A program made the position numbers and the translations under genes. From the NCBI GenBank assembly GCA_041494445.1, contig JBGQAU010000005.1:4030-68029 (forward strand): a stretch of 64,000 nt of DNA. The letters are read 5' to 3'. Source of the stretch: Acidobacteriota bacterium. Its GTDB lineage: Bacteria; Acidobacteriota; Polarisedimenticolia; Polarisedimenticolales; JAIQFR01. The notes under the pieces are model-generated. The model worked only from the letters and a program-made list of their open reading frames with translations, searched no databases and had not been told where the DNA came from. Of the stretch, positions 9,454 through 18,155 are shown piece after piece. Positions within the stretch are counted from its first letter, which is position 1. Each line of letters starts with the position of its first letter.

Positions 9454-11559
9454 GTGGCCGGGAACACCGAAGCGCCCGCCTTGAGAGGTCTCGACCGCAA
9501 CGCCCTGCTCGGCGTTCACCGCACGATGCTGCTCTCTCGAAAGGTGGACGAAAAGGAGATTCAGCTCAAGCGGCAGAACCGGACGTACTTCCAGATCCCC
9601 GGCGTCGGGCATGAGGCCCTGGGCGCGGCAGTCGGGCTCGTGTTCCGGCCGGGTCGTGATTGGTTCTTTTTCTACTACCGCGACCGCGCGGCGTGCATCT
9701 CGCTCGGCATGAGCCCGCGCGACATGTTCCTGCAGGCCGTGGGCTCGGCCGAGTGTCCACAAACCGGCGGACGCCAGATGCCCTCGCACTTCTCTTCGCC
9801 GGCGCTCCACGTGGCCAGCGTCTCCTCCCCCACCGGCACGCAGTTCCTCCAGGCGGTCGGGTGCGCGGAGGCCGGGCGCTACGCCGCCTCGCGCGGCGCG
9901 CTGCCCGGGGTCCCGTTCGTCGAAGACGAGGTCGCGCTCGTCACCTCGGGCGACGGGACGACCAGCGAGGGCGAGTTCTGGGAGGCTCTCTCGACGGCAA
10001 GCAACCTCAAGCTCCCCGTGGTGTTCCTGATCGAGGACAACGGCTATGCGATCTCGGTTCCGGTGGAGGTCAACACGCCGGGCGGGAGCATCAGCCGCCT
10101 CGTGGCGAGCTTTCCCGATCTCCTGATCCGCGAGGTGGACGGCTGCGATCCGCTGGCATCGTACGACGCCCTGTGCGCCGCGGCGGCGCACTGCCGCGCG
10201 CGCCGCGGCCCCGCCCTCGTGCACGCGCACGTGATCCGGCCCTTGAGCCACTCTCTTTCCGACGACGAGACGCTCTACCGCCCGCCCGAGGAGCGCGAGG
10301 CGGAAGCGAGGCGCGACCCGATCCGTGCCTTCGCCGATCTCCTCCTGGCCGAGACGATCGTGGACGCCGGCGTCCTCGAGGCGATCGAAGGGCAGGTGGT
10401 GGAGGAAGTGAACGCGGCGGCGGATTCCGCCCTCGCCGCCGCCAGGCCCGAGCCCGCGTCCGCCTTACGGTGGGTCTACTCGGAGGAAGTGGACCCGACC
10501 TCGGACGCGTTCGCGAGCGCACCGGCGCTAGAGGGAAGCCCGACCACCATGGTCGATCTGATCAACGCGTGCCTCCGCGACGAGATGCGGCGGGACTCAC
10601 GAATCGTCCTCTTCGGAGAGGACGTGGCGGACGTCTCGCGGGAGGCCGCGATCCCCAGGGTCAAGGGAAAGGGTGGGGTGTTCAAGGTCACCTGGGGCCT
10701 CCAGCGCGAGTTCGGGTCCGATCGCGTGTTCAACTCGCCCCTGGCCGAGGCCAACATCGTCGGGCGGGCGATCGGGATGGCCCTGCGCGGTTTGAAGCCC
10801 GTCGTGGAGATCCAGTTCTTCGACTACATCTGGCCGGCCTACATGCAGATTCGAGACGAGCTGGCCACGATGCGGTGGCGTTCCAACGGAACCTTCAAGG
10901 CGCCCGTCGTGGTCCGAGTCGCCTACGGGGGTTACATCCGCGGTGGCTCGACCTACCACAGCCAGTCCGGCGCCGCGTTGTTCACCGCCAACCCGGGGCT
11001 CCGCGTGGTCTGTCCCTCGAACGCCCTCGACGCCAACGGCCTTCTGCGCACCGCCATCCGCTGCGACGACCCCGTGATCTTCCTCGAGCACAAGCACCTG
11101 TACCGCCAGACCCACAATAAGTCGGTCTACCCCGGGCCCGACTTCATGGTGCCGCTCGGGCGCGCCTCCCTCGTGCGCGAGGGGACGGACCTGACCGTGA
11201 TCACCTACGGCGCCACCGTGCAGCGCGCTCTCACCGCGGCGCGCAAGGCGGAGGAAGCGGGCGTGTCCACCGAGATCCTCGACCTTCGATCGCTGTCCCC
11301 CGTCGACTGGGAGGCGATCTCGACCTCGGTGCGCAAGACGAGCAAGGCCCTGGTGCTGACCGAGGACTCCCTCTCCTGGGGGTACGGCGCGGAGATCGCG
11401 GCGCGGATCGGAGAGGATCTGCACTCGGACCTCGACGCGCCGGTGCGGCGCGTCGCCGCGACCGACACGTTCGTCGCGTACGCGCCCGAGCTCGAGGATT
11501 TCATCCTGCCGCAAGTGGAGGACATCCTGGAGGCGATCCGCGACCTGGCGGCGTGGTGA
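9454..11559 (+). CDS. 2-oxoacid (branched-chain) dehydrogenase E1 component, fused alpha-beta subunits
   Basis: Alpha part (TPP-binding): [10 protein letters not shown]..., [37 protein letters not shown]-like DNGYAISVP. Beta part: FGEDVA..., [19 protein letters not shown], transketolase C-terminal region. Start set at in-frame GTG 9454, preceded by AGGAG at 6-nt spacing. The ORF opens at 9361. Confidence 0.85.
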   Translation: MAGNTEAPALRGLDRNALLGVHRTMLLSRKVDEKEIQLKRQNRTYFQIPGVGHEALGAAVGLVFRPGRDWFFFYYRDRAACISLGMSPRDMFLQAVGSAECPQTGGRQMPSHFSSPALHVASVSSPTGTQFLQAVGCAEAGRYAASRGALPGVPFVEDEVALVTSGDGTTSEGEFWEALSTASNLKLPVVFLIEDNGYAISVPVEVNTPGGSISRLVASFPDLLIREVDGCDPLASYDALCAAAAHCRARRGPALVHAHVIRPLSHSLSDDETLYRPPEEREAEARRDPIRAFADLLLAETIVDAGVLEAIEGQVVEEVNAAADSALAAARPEPASALRWVYSEEVDPTSDAFASAPALEGSPTTMVDLINACLRDEMRRDSRIVLFGEDVADVSREAAIPRVKGKGGVFKVTWGLQREFGSDRVFNSPLAEANIVGRAIGMALRGLKPVVEIQFFDYIWPAYMQIRDELATMRWRSNGTFKAPVVVRVAYGGYIRGGSTYHSQSGAALFTANPGLRVVCPSNALDANGLLRTAIRCDDPVIFLEHKHLYRQTHNKSVYPGPDFMVPLGRASLVREGTDLTVITYGATVQRALTAARKAEEAGVSTEILDLRSLSPVDWEAISTSVRKTSKALVLTEDSLSWGYGAEIAARIGEDLHSDLDAPVRRVAATDTFVAYAPELEDFILPQVEDILEAIRDLAAW

Positions 11560-11572
11560 GACGAGGAGAGGA

Positions 11573-12751
11573 TCAGAACGACGAGAGGATCGCCGGGTCG
11601 CCCGTCCACCGCCCGCCCCGCCCCTGAAACGTGCGGCCCCGTCCTCCCCCCCTCGCTCCGAGAAGCTCGGAGAGCTTCCGGCCGGTGACCGAGACGTCTT
11701 CCGGCCCCGCCGGACCGGCCTGGACCAGGAAGGTCACTTCCCCGCCGTCGGGCGCCGCGCCGACCAGCGTCACGACCGCCTCCGGGCGCAAGGCGGCCAA
11801 CGCCGAGGCGATCTCGCGCAGGAAGTCCGGCCCTGACTCCCCGAGGAACCGGGCGAGCCGCGGCCCGGGCTCGGCGGCCATCTCGGCGGCGATCCGCGCG
11901 GCGAGGTCGCGTTCCAGGCTCTTCGCCCGGCGCGCGAGAAGCTTCCGCTCCGCCTGCCAGCCTTCGATCACCCCGGCGAACTCCTCTCGCGCCGTCCCGA
12001 TCCGCGCCTTGAGCGCCTCCTCGACCGCCGCCGCCTCGCGGAGCTCCCGGAGCACGCGGCCCCCGGCGAGAAACCGGATCCGGGCTCCCCCTCGCGCCGC
12101 CTCTGCGTCCACGACCCGCAGCATCTGGATCTCGCCGAGGCGCGCGACGTGGGTGCCACCGCACGTGTTGAGGTCGAGCGCCTCGATCTCGACCAGGCGG
12201 ACCTCTCCCACGTGCCCCTCGGGGAGGCCCCGGGTTCGGACCGGGAGCGAGTCGACGGCTTCCGGCGGGACCCACCGGGCCGAGACCCGCCGGTCGTGCC
12301 GGATTTCCAGGTTGGCCTCCTCCTCGAACGCGAGGAGCCGCTCCGGCGACGGGACCGGTCCTTGGACCTCGATCGCCGTGTACCGCTCGCCCAGGTGAAA
12401 GGCGGTGGTCGGGAGCCGGTGGCGATCGGCGAGCAGCGAAGTGAGCAGGTGCTGCGCGGTGTGCTGCTGCATCCGGTCGAAGCGGAGCGCCGCGTCGATC
12501 TCCGCGGTCGCCGGTCCGAGGGGAACCGGGCGCGCGAGGTAATGCAGGATCTTCTCTCCTCGGGTCCTTACATCCAGGACCGGGACCCCGCCGATCTCTC
12601 CGCGGTCGGCGGGCTGGCCGCCTCCTTCCGGATAGAAGATCGTCTCCTCGAGGCGTACCCAGGGACGGTCCGCTTCCACCCCCGCCTCGACCACGGCGGT
12701 CGCGAGGCGATACAGGCTCGGGTCCTCGTGGAACCTCTTCCGGTCGGGCAT
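11573..12751 (-). CDS. alaX: AlaX-type alanyl-tRNA editing protein (AlaRS second additional domain)
   Basis: From ATG 12751: MPDRKRFHEDPSLY...ETIFYPEGGGQPADRGEI...MQQHTAQHLLT...LNTCGGTHV (HxxxH...CxxxH zinc editing motif). 1-nt TGATG overlap with the upstream BCCP-like gene. Confidence 0.8.
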   Translation of the reverse strand: MPDRKRFHEDPSLYRLATAVVEAGVEADRPWVRLEETIFYPEGGGQPADRGEIGGVPVLDVRTRGEKILHYLARPVPLGPATAEIDAALRFDRMQQHTAQHLLTSLLADRHRLPTTAFHLGERYTAIEVQGPVPSPERLLAFEEEANLEIRHDRRVSARWVPPEAVDSLPVRTRGLPEGHVGEVRLVEIEALDLNTCGGTHVARLGEIQMLRVVDAEAARGGARIRFLAGGRVLRELREAAAVEEALKARIGTAREEFAGVIEGWQAERKLLARRAKSLERDLAARIAAEMAAEPGPRLARFLGESGPDFLREIASALAALRPEAVVTLVGAAPDGGEVTFLVQAGPAGPEDVSVTGRKLSELLGARGGGRGRTFQGRGGRWTGDPAILSSF

Positions 12752-13347
12752 CAGCGGACCACGATCAGGATCTGCCCTGCGCGAACCTCCTCGGAGTCGG
12801 CGCAACGGATCTCTGCGACCACCGCCTCCTCCGGAAACCCCGGGCCGCCGAACGCGATCTGATTGAAGGTCTTCATGACCTCGACGAGGCCCACCGGATC
12901 CCCCGTCCGGACGCGCGCGCCCGGCTCCACGAACGGAGGCGACGCCGGCGAGGGACGGCGGTAGAAGACCCCGTCCGTCGGCGAGAGCACCGCCCACGAC
13001 CCCGGCGCCAGCCCCGCTCCCGCGGGATGACCGGGCCTGTCCGCATCGGCGGACAGTCCCTGGCGCTCCCCGGCGTCCAACGGCGCAAGCTCGAAGAGCA
13101 CCTGCCCGTGCTCGACCGCGAGCGCGCGGTCGCGTGGAAGCCCGACCGCGACCTTCCCGGCCGCCCCTTCGGGGAGGACCAGGGCGAACCGGCGGCTGAG
13201 GTGCGCGAGGAAGCCGATCCGGCTCCCGGGGCCGAGCAGCGCACCCGGGTGGGGATGGTCCGTCCAGATCCCCACGAGGGGAGAGACCACCAGGGCCCGC
13301 CCGTCCTCGCCGCGTTCCGCCCTGGCCACGAGGATCGGCTCGTTCAT
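12751..13347 (-). CDS. Biotin carboxyl carrier-like protein (biotinyl/lipoyl hybrid-barrel domain, with degenerate N-terminal duplicate)
   Basis: C-terminus SPTDGVFYRRPSPASPPFVEPGARVRTGDPVGLVEVMKTFNQI...AGQILIVV carries the E-V-M-K biotinylation motif. Start at ATG 13347 (AAGGGG RBS about 7 nt upstream). The ORF-opening ATG 13398 has no spacing to any SD. Confidence 0.75.
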   Translation of the reverse strand: MNEPILVARAERGEDGRALVVSPLVGIWTDHPHPGALLGPGSRIGFLAHLSRRFALVLPEGAAGKVAVGLPRDRALAVEHGQVLFELAPLDAGERQGLSADADRPGHPAGAGLAPGSWAVLSPTDGVFYRRPSPASPPFVEPGARVRTGDPVGLVEVMKTFNQIAFGGPGFPEEAVVAEIRCADSEEVRAGQILIVVR

Positions 13348-13407
13348 CCCGTCACCCCTTCCGGCCGCATCCTGTCGCGGCTCCGGTAAGTCTAGCATCC
13401 CCGCGAC

Positions 13408-14637
13408 TTAGGCGAGCCGCCTTTCGCCCGCTGCCTCCCCCGAGGCACCCGCGGCAGCCGAAGTGTCCGTCTGAGTGTCCATTTCGCCGAACACCCGGTC
13501 AATCGCGCCCACCGCCCGGCGCAGGTGGCCCGGTTGTAGGGTCGCGTACCGCTGCGTCATGGCCGGGGTGGAGTGTCCGAGGATCTGTTGCAGCTCGTAC
13601 AGGCTCGCCCCGTCCTGAATCGTCCAGCTTGCGAACGTGTGCCGGAGCGTCGCGAAGGAGGCATCCGCGATCCCCGCTTTCCGCATGACTTTCTTCGTGG
13701 ACACCGTGACGACGTGCCGGGCCTTCTCGCTCGCGTAGTCCTCCCCGGTGCCGTCCACGAACACGAACGGGGAACGGACGTGCCGCACCCGGCCGTCCAG
13801 GATCGCTCGAACGGTCGCGTTCATGGGGACGGTACGGGAGCCCGTCTTGCTGTCCTCCGAAACGTGGAGCATCCCGGCGGCCTTGTCCACGTCCCCCCAT
13901 CCCAAGAGCAGGACTTCCTTGAGCCTCAACCCGGTACTGACCGCCATTCGCAGGATCGGCTTGAGCCACGGCGCCGCGGCGGTCTCAAGGGCCGTGTACT
14001 CCGCCTTCGTCAAGTACCGGGTCCGCGGCTTCGCCGGGCTCGGCTTCGGAAGGTCGGCGGCCGGGTTGTTTTCGATCACGCCCCACCGCGCCGCCATCTT
14101 AAACACCCGCCCCGCCGTCCGCAGGGCCTTTACGACGGTGGTGGGGCTGTACGGACGCCCCCGGGCGCAGCGCATCGTGCTCAGGTGGACCCGGAAAGCG
14201 TCCAGGTCCCCCCGGGTAATGTCCCGGATCGCCCGCTCTTGGAAGTAGGCGATCAGCGGGCGCGTGCTCGTGACGTAGTGATTCGAACGCCGCTTGCCGG
14301 GGTGCTCCCGGAGAAACCGCGTCACGAACTCGCCGACGGATGGCCCGCGGTCCGCCTCCGCTTTCCGGCGCGCCTTCTCCTCGCGGAGCTTGCGGTCTCG
14401 CGGGGTCTCGAACGTCCCGGTTCTGACCTCGTGCCGCCGCTGTTCCAGGAGCGCGCGCGCTTCGGTCAAACCGAGCCCGGCGTACTCCCGGATGCGCCGA
14501 TGGTGCTGGTCCCGGAAGTCAATCCGGTAGTACTCGGTGCCGTCTGAGCGTGTCACCTTGAACACGCAGCGGACGGGCCTCCCCCTACTGTCCTTAGCCT
14601 GGACGATACTCGGTTGTCCTCTCGCTTCGCTTGCCAC
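13408..14637 (-). CDS. int: Tyrosine recombinase / phage-type integrase
   Basis: 409 aa, GTG start with GGGAGG RBS. Catalytic signature: ...STGLRLKEVLLLGW (Arg), LRHTFASW (H-x-x-R), ILGHSTPAMTQRYA (His...Tyr). N-terminus VRCVFKVTRSDGTEYYRIDFRD looks like a small beta-sheet arm-binding domain. Confidence 0.9.
   Translation of the reverse strand: MASEARGQPSIVQAKDSRGRPVRCVFKVTRSDGTEYYRIDFRDQHHRRIREYAGLGLTEARALLEQRRHEVRTGTFETPRDRKLREEKARRKAEADRGPSVGEFVTRFLREHPGKRRSNHYVTSTRPLIAYFQERAIRDITRGDLDAFRVHLSTMRCARGRPYSPTTVVKALRTAGRVFKMAARWGVIENNPAADLPKPSPAKPRTRYLTKAEYTALETAAAPWLKPILRMAVSTGLRLKEVLLLGWGDVDKAAGMLHVSEDSKTGSRTVPMNATVRAILDGRVRHVRSPFVFVDGTGEDYASEKARHVVTVSTKKVMRKAGIADASFATLRHTFASWTIQDGASLYELQQILGHSTPAMTQRYATLQPGHLRRAVGAIDRVFGEMDTQTDTSAAAGASGEAAGERRLA
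13463..13482 (-). repeat. Island motif copy 1 (ATGGAC-ACTCAG-ACGGACAC read on minus strand), left terminus, inside int 3' end
   Basis: Plus strand reads gtgtccgtctgagtgtccat. Its reverse complement fits TGGAC-N6-ACGGACAC. A further GTGTCCG lies at 13573-13579. Confidence 0.7.
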
Positions 14638-14640
14638 GGC

Positions 14641-14940
14641 TTACCTCCCGCGCGCACGTCGGCGCGCCTGTTCGGCATTCTCGATTGCATGCTCCCACCG
14701 CTCCCGCAGTTCCCCGGCCGGGCAGAGGTCGCCCCGTTCCAGTCCCTCGACGCAGCTCTCGTGGAGCCCGAGCGCCTCCGCCAGCTCGGGGAGCGTGAGC
14801 CCGGTCCGCTTCCGCCGGCAGACAAGATGCCTTCGCCACGGTTCCATCATCCCCTCCGTGGGGGACGTGGCGACACACTCTCGGGGCTTGTCCGATCTTC
14901 TTGGTTTGGTAGGATTGGCGAAGCCGCTGGGCGTGTCCAC
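14641..14940 (-). CDS. XRE-family helix-turn-helix regulator
   Basis: 99 aa, GTG 14940 with GGAGG 6 nt upstream. RKRTGLTLPELAEALGLHESCVEGLERG is a canonical HTH_3-type helix-turn-helix. Sits 3 nt upstream of int. Confidence 0.65.
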   Translation of the reverse strand: MDTPSGFANPTKPRRSDKPRECVATSPTEGMMEPWRRHLVCRRKRTGLTLPELAEALGLHESCVEGLERGDLCPAGELRERWEHAIENAEQARRRARGR

Positions 14941-15041
14941 TCACGTCCTCCGGTTAGGGGCCGTCCGGCGTTTGCGCGTCGGGCGGTCCCGCTTGTTCGC
15001 CTACCTTCTACGCCCATCGGTGGCACCCGTCAACCCCTACC

Positions 15042-15060
15042 TGGACACGCCCACGGACAC
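15042..15060 (+). repeat. Island motif copy 2 (TGGAC-ACGCCC-ACGGACAC) in the divergent XRE / cargo-gene regulatory region
   Basis: Read directly from the sequence. 15046-15061 (CACGCCCACGGACACC) is an exact 16-nt repeat of 16714-16729. An inverted half-site GCGTGTCCA lies at 14931-14939. Confidence 0.75.
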
Positions 15061-15206
15061 CCTTTCCGGCTTCCCGCAGCCGGGCTCGCCGGTCCGCTCG
15101 ATTTCGCGCCGAGCATCGGCCCCCGGGGCGGATACGGCGCTCCCCTTGCCACCGTTGCCCCTCTGGGCGTACATCTACCGCAGCATTGCCCGAGGAGGGA
15201 TTCACG

Positions 15207-16058
15207 ATGAGAAACGTCCTCTTTCCTTTGCTCGTCCTCGCCGTCTTCTTGCCCGCCGTTGCCAGCGAGCCGGGGCAGCCGATTGATTGCAGCGATTGGG
15301 TGATCGTGAAACCGGGTATTACGTGTCGGGACATCCCGATCCCGACTCCGGCTCCTTGGTACTCTAGGCCGGGCGCAAACCCGGCCGACAACGAGAACTT
15401 CCTTATTGGAATCGTGTCGGTTAGGGGCTTCCCATTGGATTGCGGCTTCGGGCCTATCGAACAGCGGTACGAACTGCGACGCTTTAACGGAGTGAACGAC
15501 GAATTGGTCGCCTATGTGCAGGCGCGGTGTGGTCCCAGCGGATCCGCGGCAGATACACCAAATGTCGAAGGGATCTTCGGCTTTACATATAACAATGGGT
15601 TTCTCTACGTCGTGGGTACAGATGAGTGCTGGGGGGACGGGGTTAGCTGTGCGTACACTGCACAGAGTTGGCTCATTCGCTTCGAGGGTTTCACGACGGA
15701 GCTTGACGTGCTTCAGACGTTTACGTCTCAGGCGCGGCAAGTCGGCTTCCACGTTCCGGTCATGCCCGAGGGTATGGCCGCAGCCGACCATTTCGACACC
15801 TACTGGGGCGACCTCTCCGCGGTCGGCAACTGGTCGCAGGCGCACGGGCTGCAATGCCACTACCCCGACTCCCCTCCCACCCGCGGCGACTACCTGACCG
15901 TGGCCGACACGCTGCCAACCCCACAGCCCGGCCACGGCTACTACTACGTCACCGCCGCGACGTACCAGGGGCAGACGAGGTACGGGAGAAAGACGACGAA
16001 CAGGACGCTGAGCGGGAGGGATCCGGCGCAACTGCCGGCGTGCTCGCCCTTGAGGTAG
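15207..16058 (+). CDS. Secreted Cys-rich protein of unknown function (island cargo)
   Basis: GAGGAGGG RBS before ATG 15207. Signal peptide MRNVLFPLLVLAVFLPAVASEP. 8 Cys in the mature part. Visibly lower GC than its surroundings (15.3-15.7 kb). The only plus-strand gene in the island. No motif recognised. Confidence 0.6.
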   Translation: MRNVLFPLLVLAVFLPAVASEPGQPIDCSDWVIVKPGITCRDIPIPTPAPWYSRPGANPADNENFLIGIVSVRGFPLDCGFGPIEQRYELRRFNGVNDELVAYVQARCGPSGSAADTPNVEGIFGFTYNNGFLYVVGTDECWGDGVSCAYTAQSWLIRFEGFTTELDVLQTFTSQARQVGFHVPVMPEGMAAADHFDTYWGDLSAVGNWSQAHGLQCHYPDSPPTRGDYLTVADTLPTPQPGHGYYYVTAATYQGQTRYGRKTTNRTLSGRDPAQLPACSPLR

Positions 16059-16084
16059 CCTACCCATAGGCCGCTCGGCCGCCG

Positions 16085-16261
16085 TCACCGCTCCCACCTC
16101 TCCTCTTCGGTCATCGACCGCACGAGGTAGCAGCCACACTCGACACAGCACGGCGGTCTGCATCGGTGCTGCCGTACCGGGACGATCAGATATCGCCGCG
16201 TCTTCCCAATGCCCATCTCGATTCGCTGCGGGTGGCAATCCACGAGCCCGCGCACGGCCAT
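16085..16261 (-). CDS. Possible small Cys-rich protein (58 aa), below the ORF-track size cut-off
   Basis: Own translation: MAVRGLVDCHPQRIEMGIGKTRRYLIVPVRQHRCRPPCCVECGCYLVRSMTEEERWER. High GC3. Convergent with the cargo gene (26-nt gap). Its ATG lies only about 14 nt after a terminator-like hairpin, so expression is uncertain. Confidence 0.3.
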   Translation of the reverse strand: MAVRGLVDCHPQRIEMGIGKTRRYLIVPVRQHRCRPPCCVECGCYLVRSMTEEERWER

Positions 16262-16274
16262 GCGTCACCTCGCG

Positions 16275-16318
16275 AAAAAGAACCCGGCCGCCAGTTCCGG
16301 CCCCCTGGCTGGCGGAGA
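16275..16318 (-). terminator. Terminator-like hairpin + U-run closing the long island operon
   Basis: Minus-strand RNA reads CCGCCAG-N14-CUGGCGG (inner alternative GGCCG/CGGCC), then ccggguUCUUUUU. The U-run is 3-8 nt from the stem, so the geometry is imperfect. Confidence 0.35.
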
Positions 16319-16359
16319 CGACCGGGAGGGTATCCGCCCTTCCCCATGCGGACCGTGGC

Positions 16360-16629
16360 CTAATCCTCGATGGCCTCCGCGGCGCCCGACGCGATCAGGT
16401 CGCCCGCGGGATCGGCGAGAGCGCGAACGAGCGGCACGAGCACCGGGTTTTCGATTGCCTCGATGGCCGCGACCGCTGCATCCCGTGCGGTGGCATCGGC
16501 GACCAGGACGTACACCTCGAACGCCGCGCCTCCCGGGACCTCGAAGACCCCATCCGCCTCCGCCCGCCCGGCCCAGCCGTGATCGCGCCCCGTATCGACC
16601 GCTGTCAGGAAGTGCAGTTGCTTCGACAT
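16360..16629 (-). CDS. Hypothetical protein (89 aa), island
   Basis: ATG 16629 preceded by AGGAGAGAG: MSKQLHFLTAVDTGRDHGWAGRAEADGVFEVPGGAAFEVYVLVAD... The upstream 54 codons of the track ORF cover a motif-containing gap and look non-coding. Confidence 0.5.
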   Translation of the reverse strand: MSKQLHFLTAVDTGRDHGWAGRAEADGVFEVPGGAAFEVYVLVADATARDAAVAAIEAIENPVLVPLVRALADPAGDLIASGAAEAIED

Positions 16630-16705
16630 GCTCTCTCCTATGCCCCCGCGAGGCCGGCCGTCAGCGGCCGTGGCAACCACTGGCGCCCGGCCCGCGAGAA
16701 CGAGC

Positions 16706-16728
16706 TGGACGGCCACGCCCACGGACAC
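16706..16728 (+). repeat. Island motif copy 3 (TGGAC-N10-ACGGACAC), upstream of the 89-aa gene
   Basis: ctggacGGCCacgcccacggacacc equals copy 2 with a 4-nt GGCC insertion. 16-nt exact identity with 15046-15061. Confidence 0.75.
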
Positions 16729-16800
16729 CGCGGAGGGTCGCGGGAGCCCGGGCGCGCCGTCCCGATCTGTTTTCACCTTCGCATCCGCCATACCAGCGGA

Positions 16801-17307
16801 TCAGCGCCGCTCGGGCTGCCGCTTCGTCCAGTAGGCGAGCCCCGCTTGGAACCGCGCCTGCGGATCGTCGTCCTCCCGGCCCAGCGCGAGGGGGACGCCG
16901 CGCCTCACCGGCGTCTCCCCCCTGGCCGCCGAGAACCGCGCCGGGTCCTTCGCGCGGATCTGCATGAGCGCGTCGAGGTACGAGACCTCGCCGGAGGCGG
17001 AAAGCCGCATCGCCTCTTCGTGGATCGTCTGCGTTTCGCTTTTCATCGGATGGCCCTCCGCGGGATCGCGGTGGAGGTGGAGCGGGGCGCCGTGGACGCG
17101 CCCGGATTCGGTCGCAGCCCCGAGGGACGCGAGCAGCCGTTCGGCGAAGTCTCCGGGCATGTCGAGCCGCGCGGTCTCGAACAACTCGGGCGAGTCGTCA
17201 ATGACTTTCGTCAGCGCCTCGACGAAGCCCATGCCTTTTTGCTCGTGGGCGTAGATGGCCTGAAACAACGGCCGCGTCCGTTCGGTCGATTCGATGTAGG
17301 GAAGCAT
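16801..17307 (-). CDS. Hypothetical protein (168 aa), island
   Basis: ATG 17307 (MLPYIESTERTRPLFQAIYAHEQKGMGFVEAL...), 2 nt after the upstream gene's stop. No recognisable motif. The longer track ORF extension overlaps the upstream gene. Confidence 0.55.
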   Translation of the reverse strand: MLPYIESTERTRPLFQAIYAHEQKGMGFVEALTKVIDDSPELFETARLDMPGDFAERLLASLGAATESGRVHGAPLHLHRDPAEGHPMKSETQTIHEEAMRLSASGEVSYLDALMQIRAKDPARFSAARGETPVRRGVPLALGREDDDPQARFQAGLAYWTKRQPERR

Positions 17308-17309
17308 GG

Positions 17310-17831
17310 TCAGTACTCCATCAGGCCGCTGGCGACCTCGGAAAACGCGGCCGTGATCGCCGAGGTCGCGTCCCCCGCGATGTTCGGCACGGACATGCCC
17401 GGCGCGGCGTTGGCCGCGGCCGAGAACTCGGCACCGGCCCGGAGGACCTCGGCGACCGCCTCCCGGACGGCCTTCCCGCGGAGAGCGGCCGCGATGGCGC
17501 TGGACAGTCGGCCCCGGGCGTCCCCGTGCTCGCGTTCGAGGCCGGGACTCGCGGCCGCGCCCCAAGCCTCGCGCGCCTTGCTCTCTTCGTCGGCCGCGAC
17601 CTGGTACGCCGCTGCCAAGATGCCCGCGTGCTCCCGGGCGTGGGCGGTCTCGCCGGCCAGGGCGTTCAGTCGCGCCAGCGGCAGGCCGGGGTCGTACCGA
17701 GCGCGCTGCAATTGCTCGTGCTTGTCGTGCGCCTCGCCCGTGGCCGCGAGCAATTCCGCCCGCCTCCGCCCGGCTGCGTCGGCCGTCGCCCGAAGGTCGG
17801 CGACCTTGGTCTCAGAAGCGAAATTCAACAT
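17310..17831 (-). CDS. Hypothetical Ala-rich helical protein (173 aa), island
   Basis: ATG 17831 with GGAG about 9 nt upstream. MLNFASETKVADLRATADAAGRRRAELLAATGEAHDKHEQLQRA..., predicted all-helical by composition. No known motif. Confidence 0.55.
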   Translation of the reverse strand: MLNFASETKVADLRATADAAGRRRAELLAATGEAHDKHEQLQRARYDPGLPLARLNALAGETAHAREHAGILAAAYQVAADEESKAREAWGAAASPGLEREHGDARGRLSSAIAAALRGKAVREAVAEVLRAGAEFSAAANAAPGMSVPNIAGDATSAITAAFSEVASGLMEY

Positions 17832-17846
17832 GGTAGTGATCTCCGA

Positions 17847-17865
17847 TGGACTGCGCGACGGACAC
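17847..17865 (+). repeat. Island motif copy 4 (TGGAC-TGCGCG-ACGGACAC), immediately upstream of the RBS of the 173-aa gene
   Basis: Read directly from gatggactgcgcgacggacaccc, in the 78-nt gap between genes. Confidence 0.75.
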
Positions 17866-17909
17866 CCGCGACCCTCGCGAGCAATTCGGCGCGTGTTTAT
17901 TGACTTTTC

Positions 17910-18155
17910 TCAACATGGCATCGGCTCTTGTGGCGGGTGCGCCTCCGCGGCCTCCACGTCGAGCCCGACTTCCGGCGCCGGGCCGAACGTCCAGCGCAAC
18001 GTGGCGGAGCCCCCACAGGCGGGGCAGGTTCCGTCGTGCCGCGTCCCATCTGGGAACGTCCAGCCAAGCCGGACGCCGTGACAGGTGGAGCACTCGCCGA
18101 GGCGGAAGCGGCGGACGTGATCTTCAAGGCGTTCCAGGCGGCCTCGGATGCTCAT
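17910..18155 (-). CDS. Small Zn-ribbon protein (81 aa), paralogue B
   Basis: MSIRGRLERLEDHVRRFRLGECSTCHGVRLGWTFPDGTRHDGTCPACGG..., i.e. CxxC...CxxC. ATGA overlap with the upstream paralogue. Confidence 0.5.
   Translation of the reverse strand: MSIRGRLERLEDHVRRFRLGECSTCHGVRLGWTFPDGTRHDGTCPACGGSATLRWTFGPAPEVGLDVEAAEAHPPQEPMPC

Noticed and set aside
8299-10251. N-terminal 650 codons of the 1073-aa track ORF 7030..10251
   Set aside because: Only the last 422 aa are HisS. The rest is Arg/Gly/Pro-rich, runs antisense to the PQQ-like and E1 genes, and has no motifs. This is a typical open antisense frame in high-GC DNA.
13399-13406. att core candidates: CCCCGCGA at 13399-13406 / 21949-21956 and CCGCTGC at 13428-13434 / 21991-21997
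   Set aside because: Matches of 7-8 bp in GC-rich DNA are expected by chance in windows this size. The first right-hand copy lies inside the terminal motif copy, on the wrong side for a core. The second left-hand copy lies inside the int coding sequence. Boundaries are left approximate.
15030-16268. 412-aa minus-strand ORF across the island cargo region
   Set aside because: It is antisense to the signal-peptide-bearing gene at 15207..16058, which has a strong RBS. The translation is low-complexity, and it spans intergenic motif and terminator elements.
17885-17920. AT-rich patch gtgtttattgacttttctcaacatgg inside the island as an internal promoter
   Set aside because: TTGAGA/TTGACT-like hexamers are present, but no -10 lies at proper spacing on either strand. 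It is noted only as context for motif copy 4.
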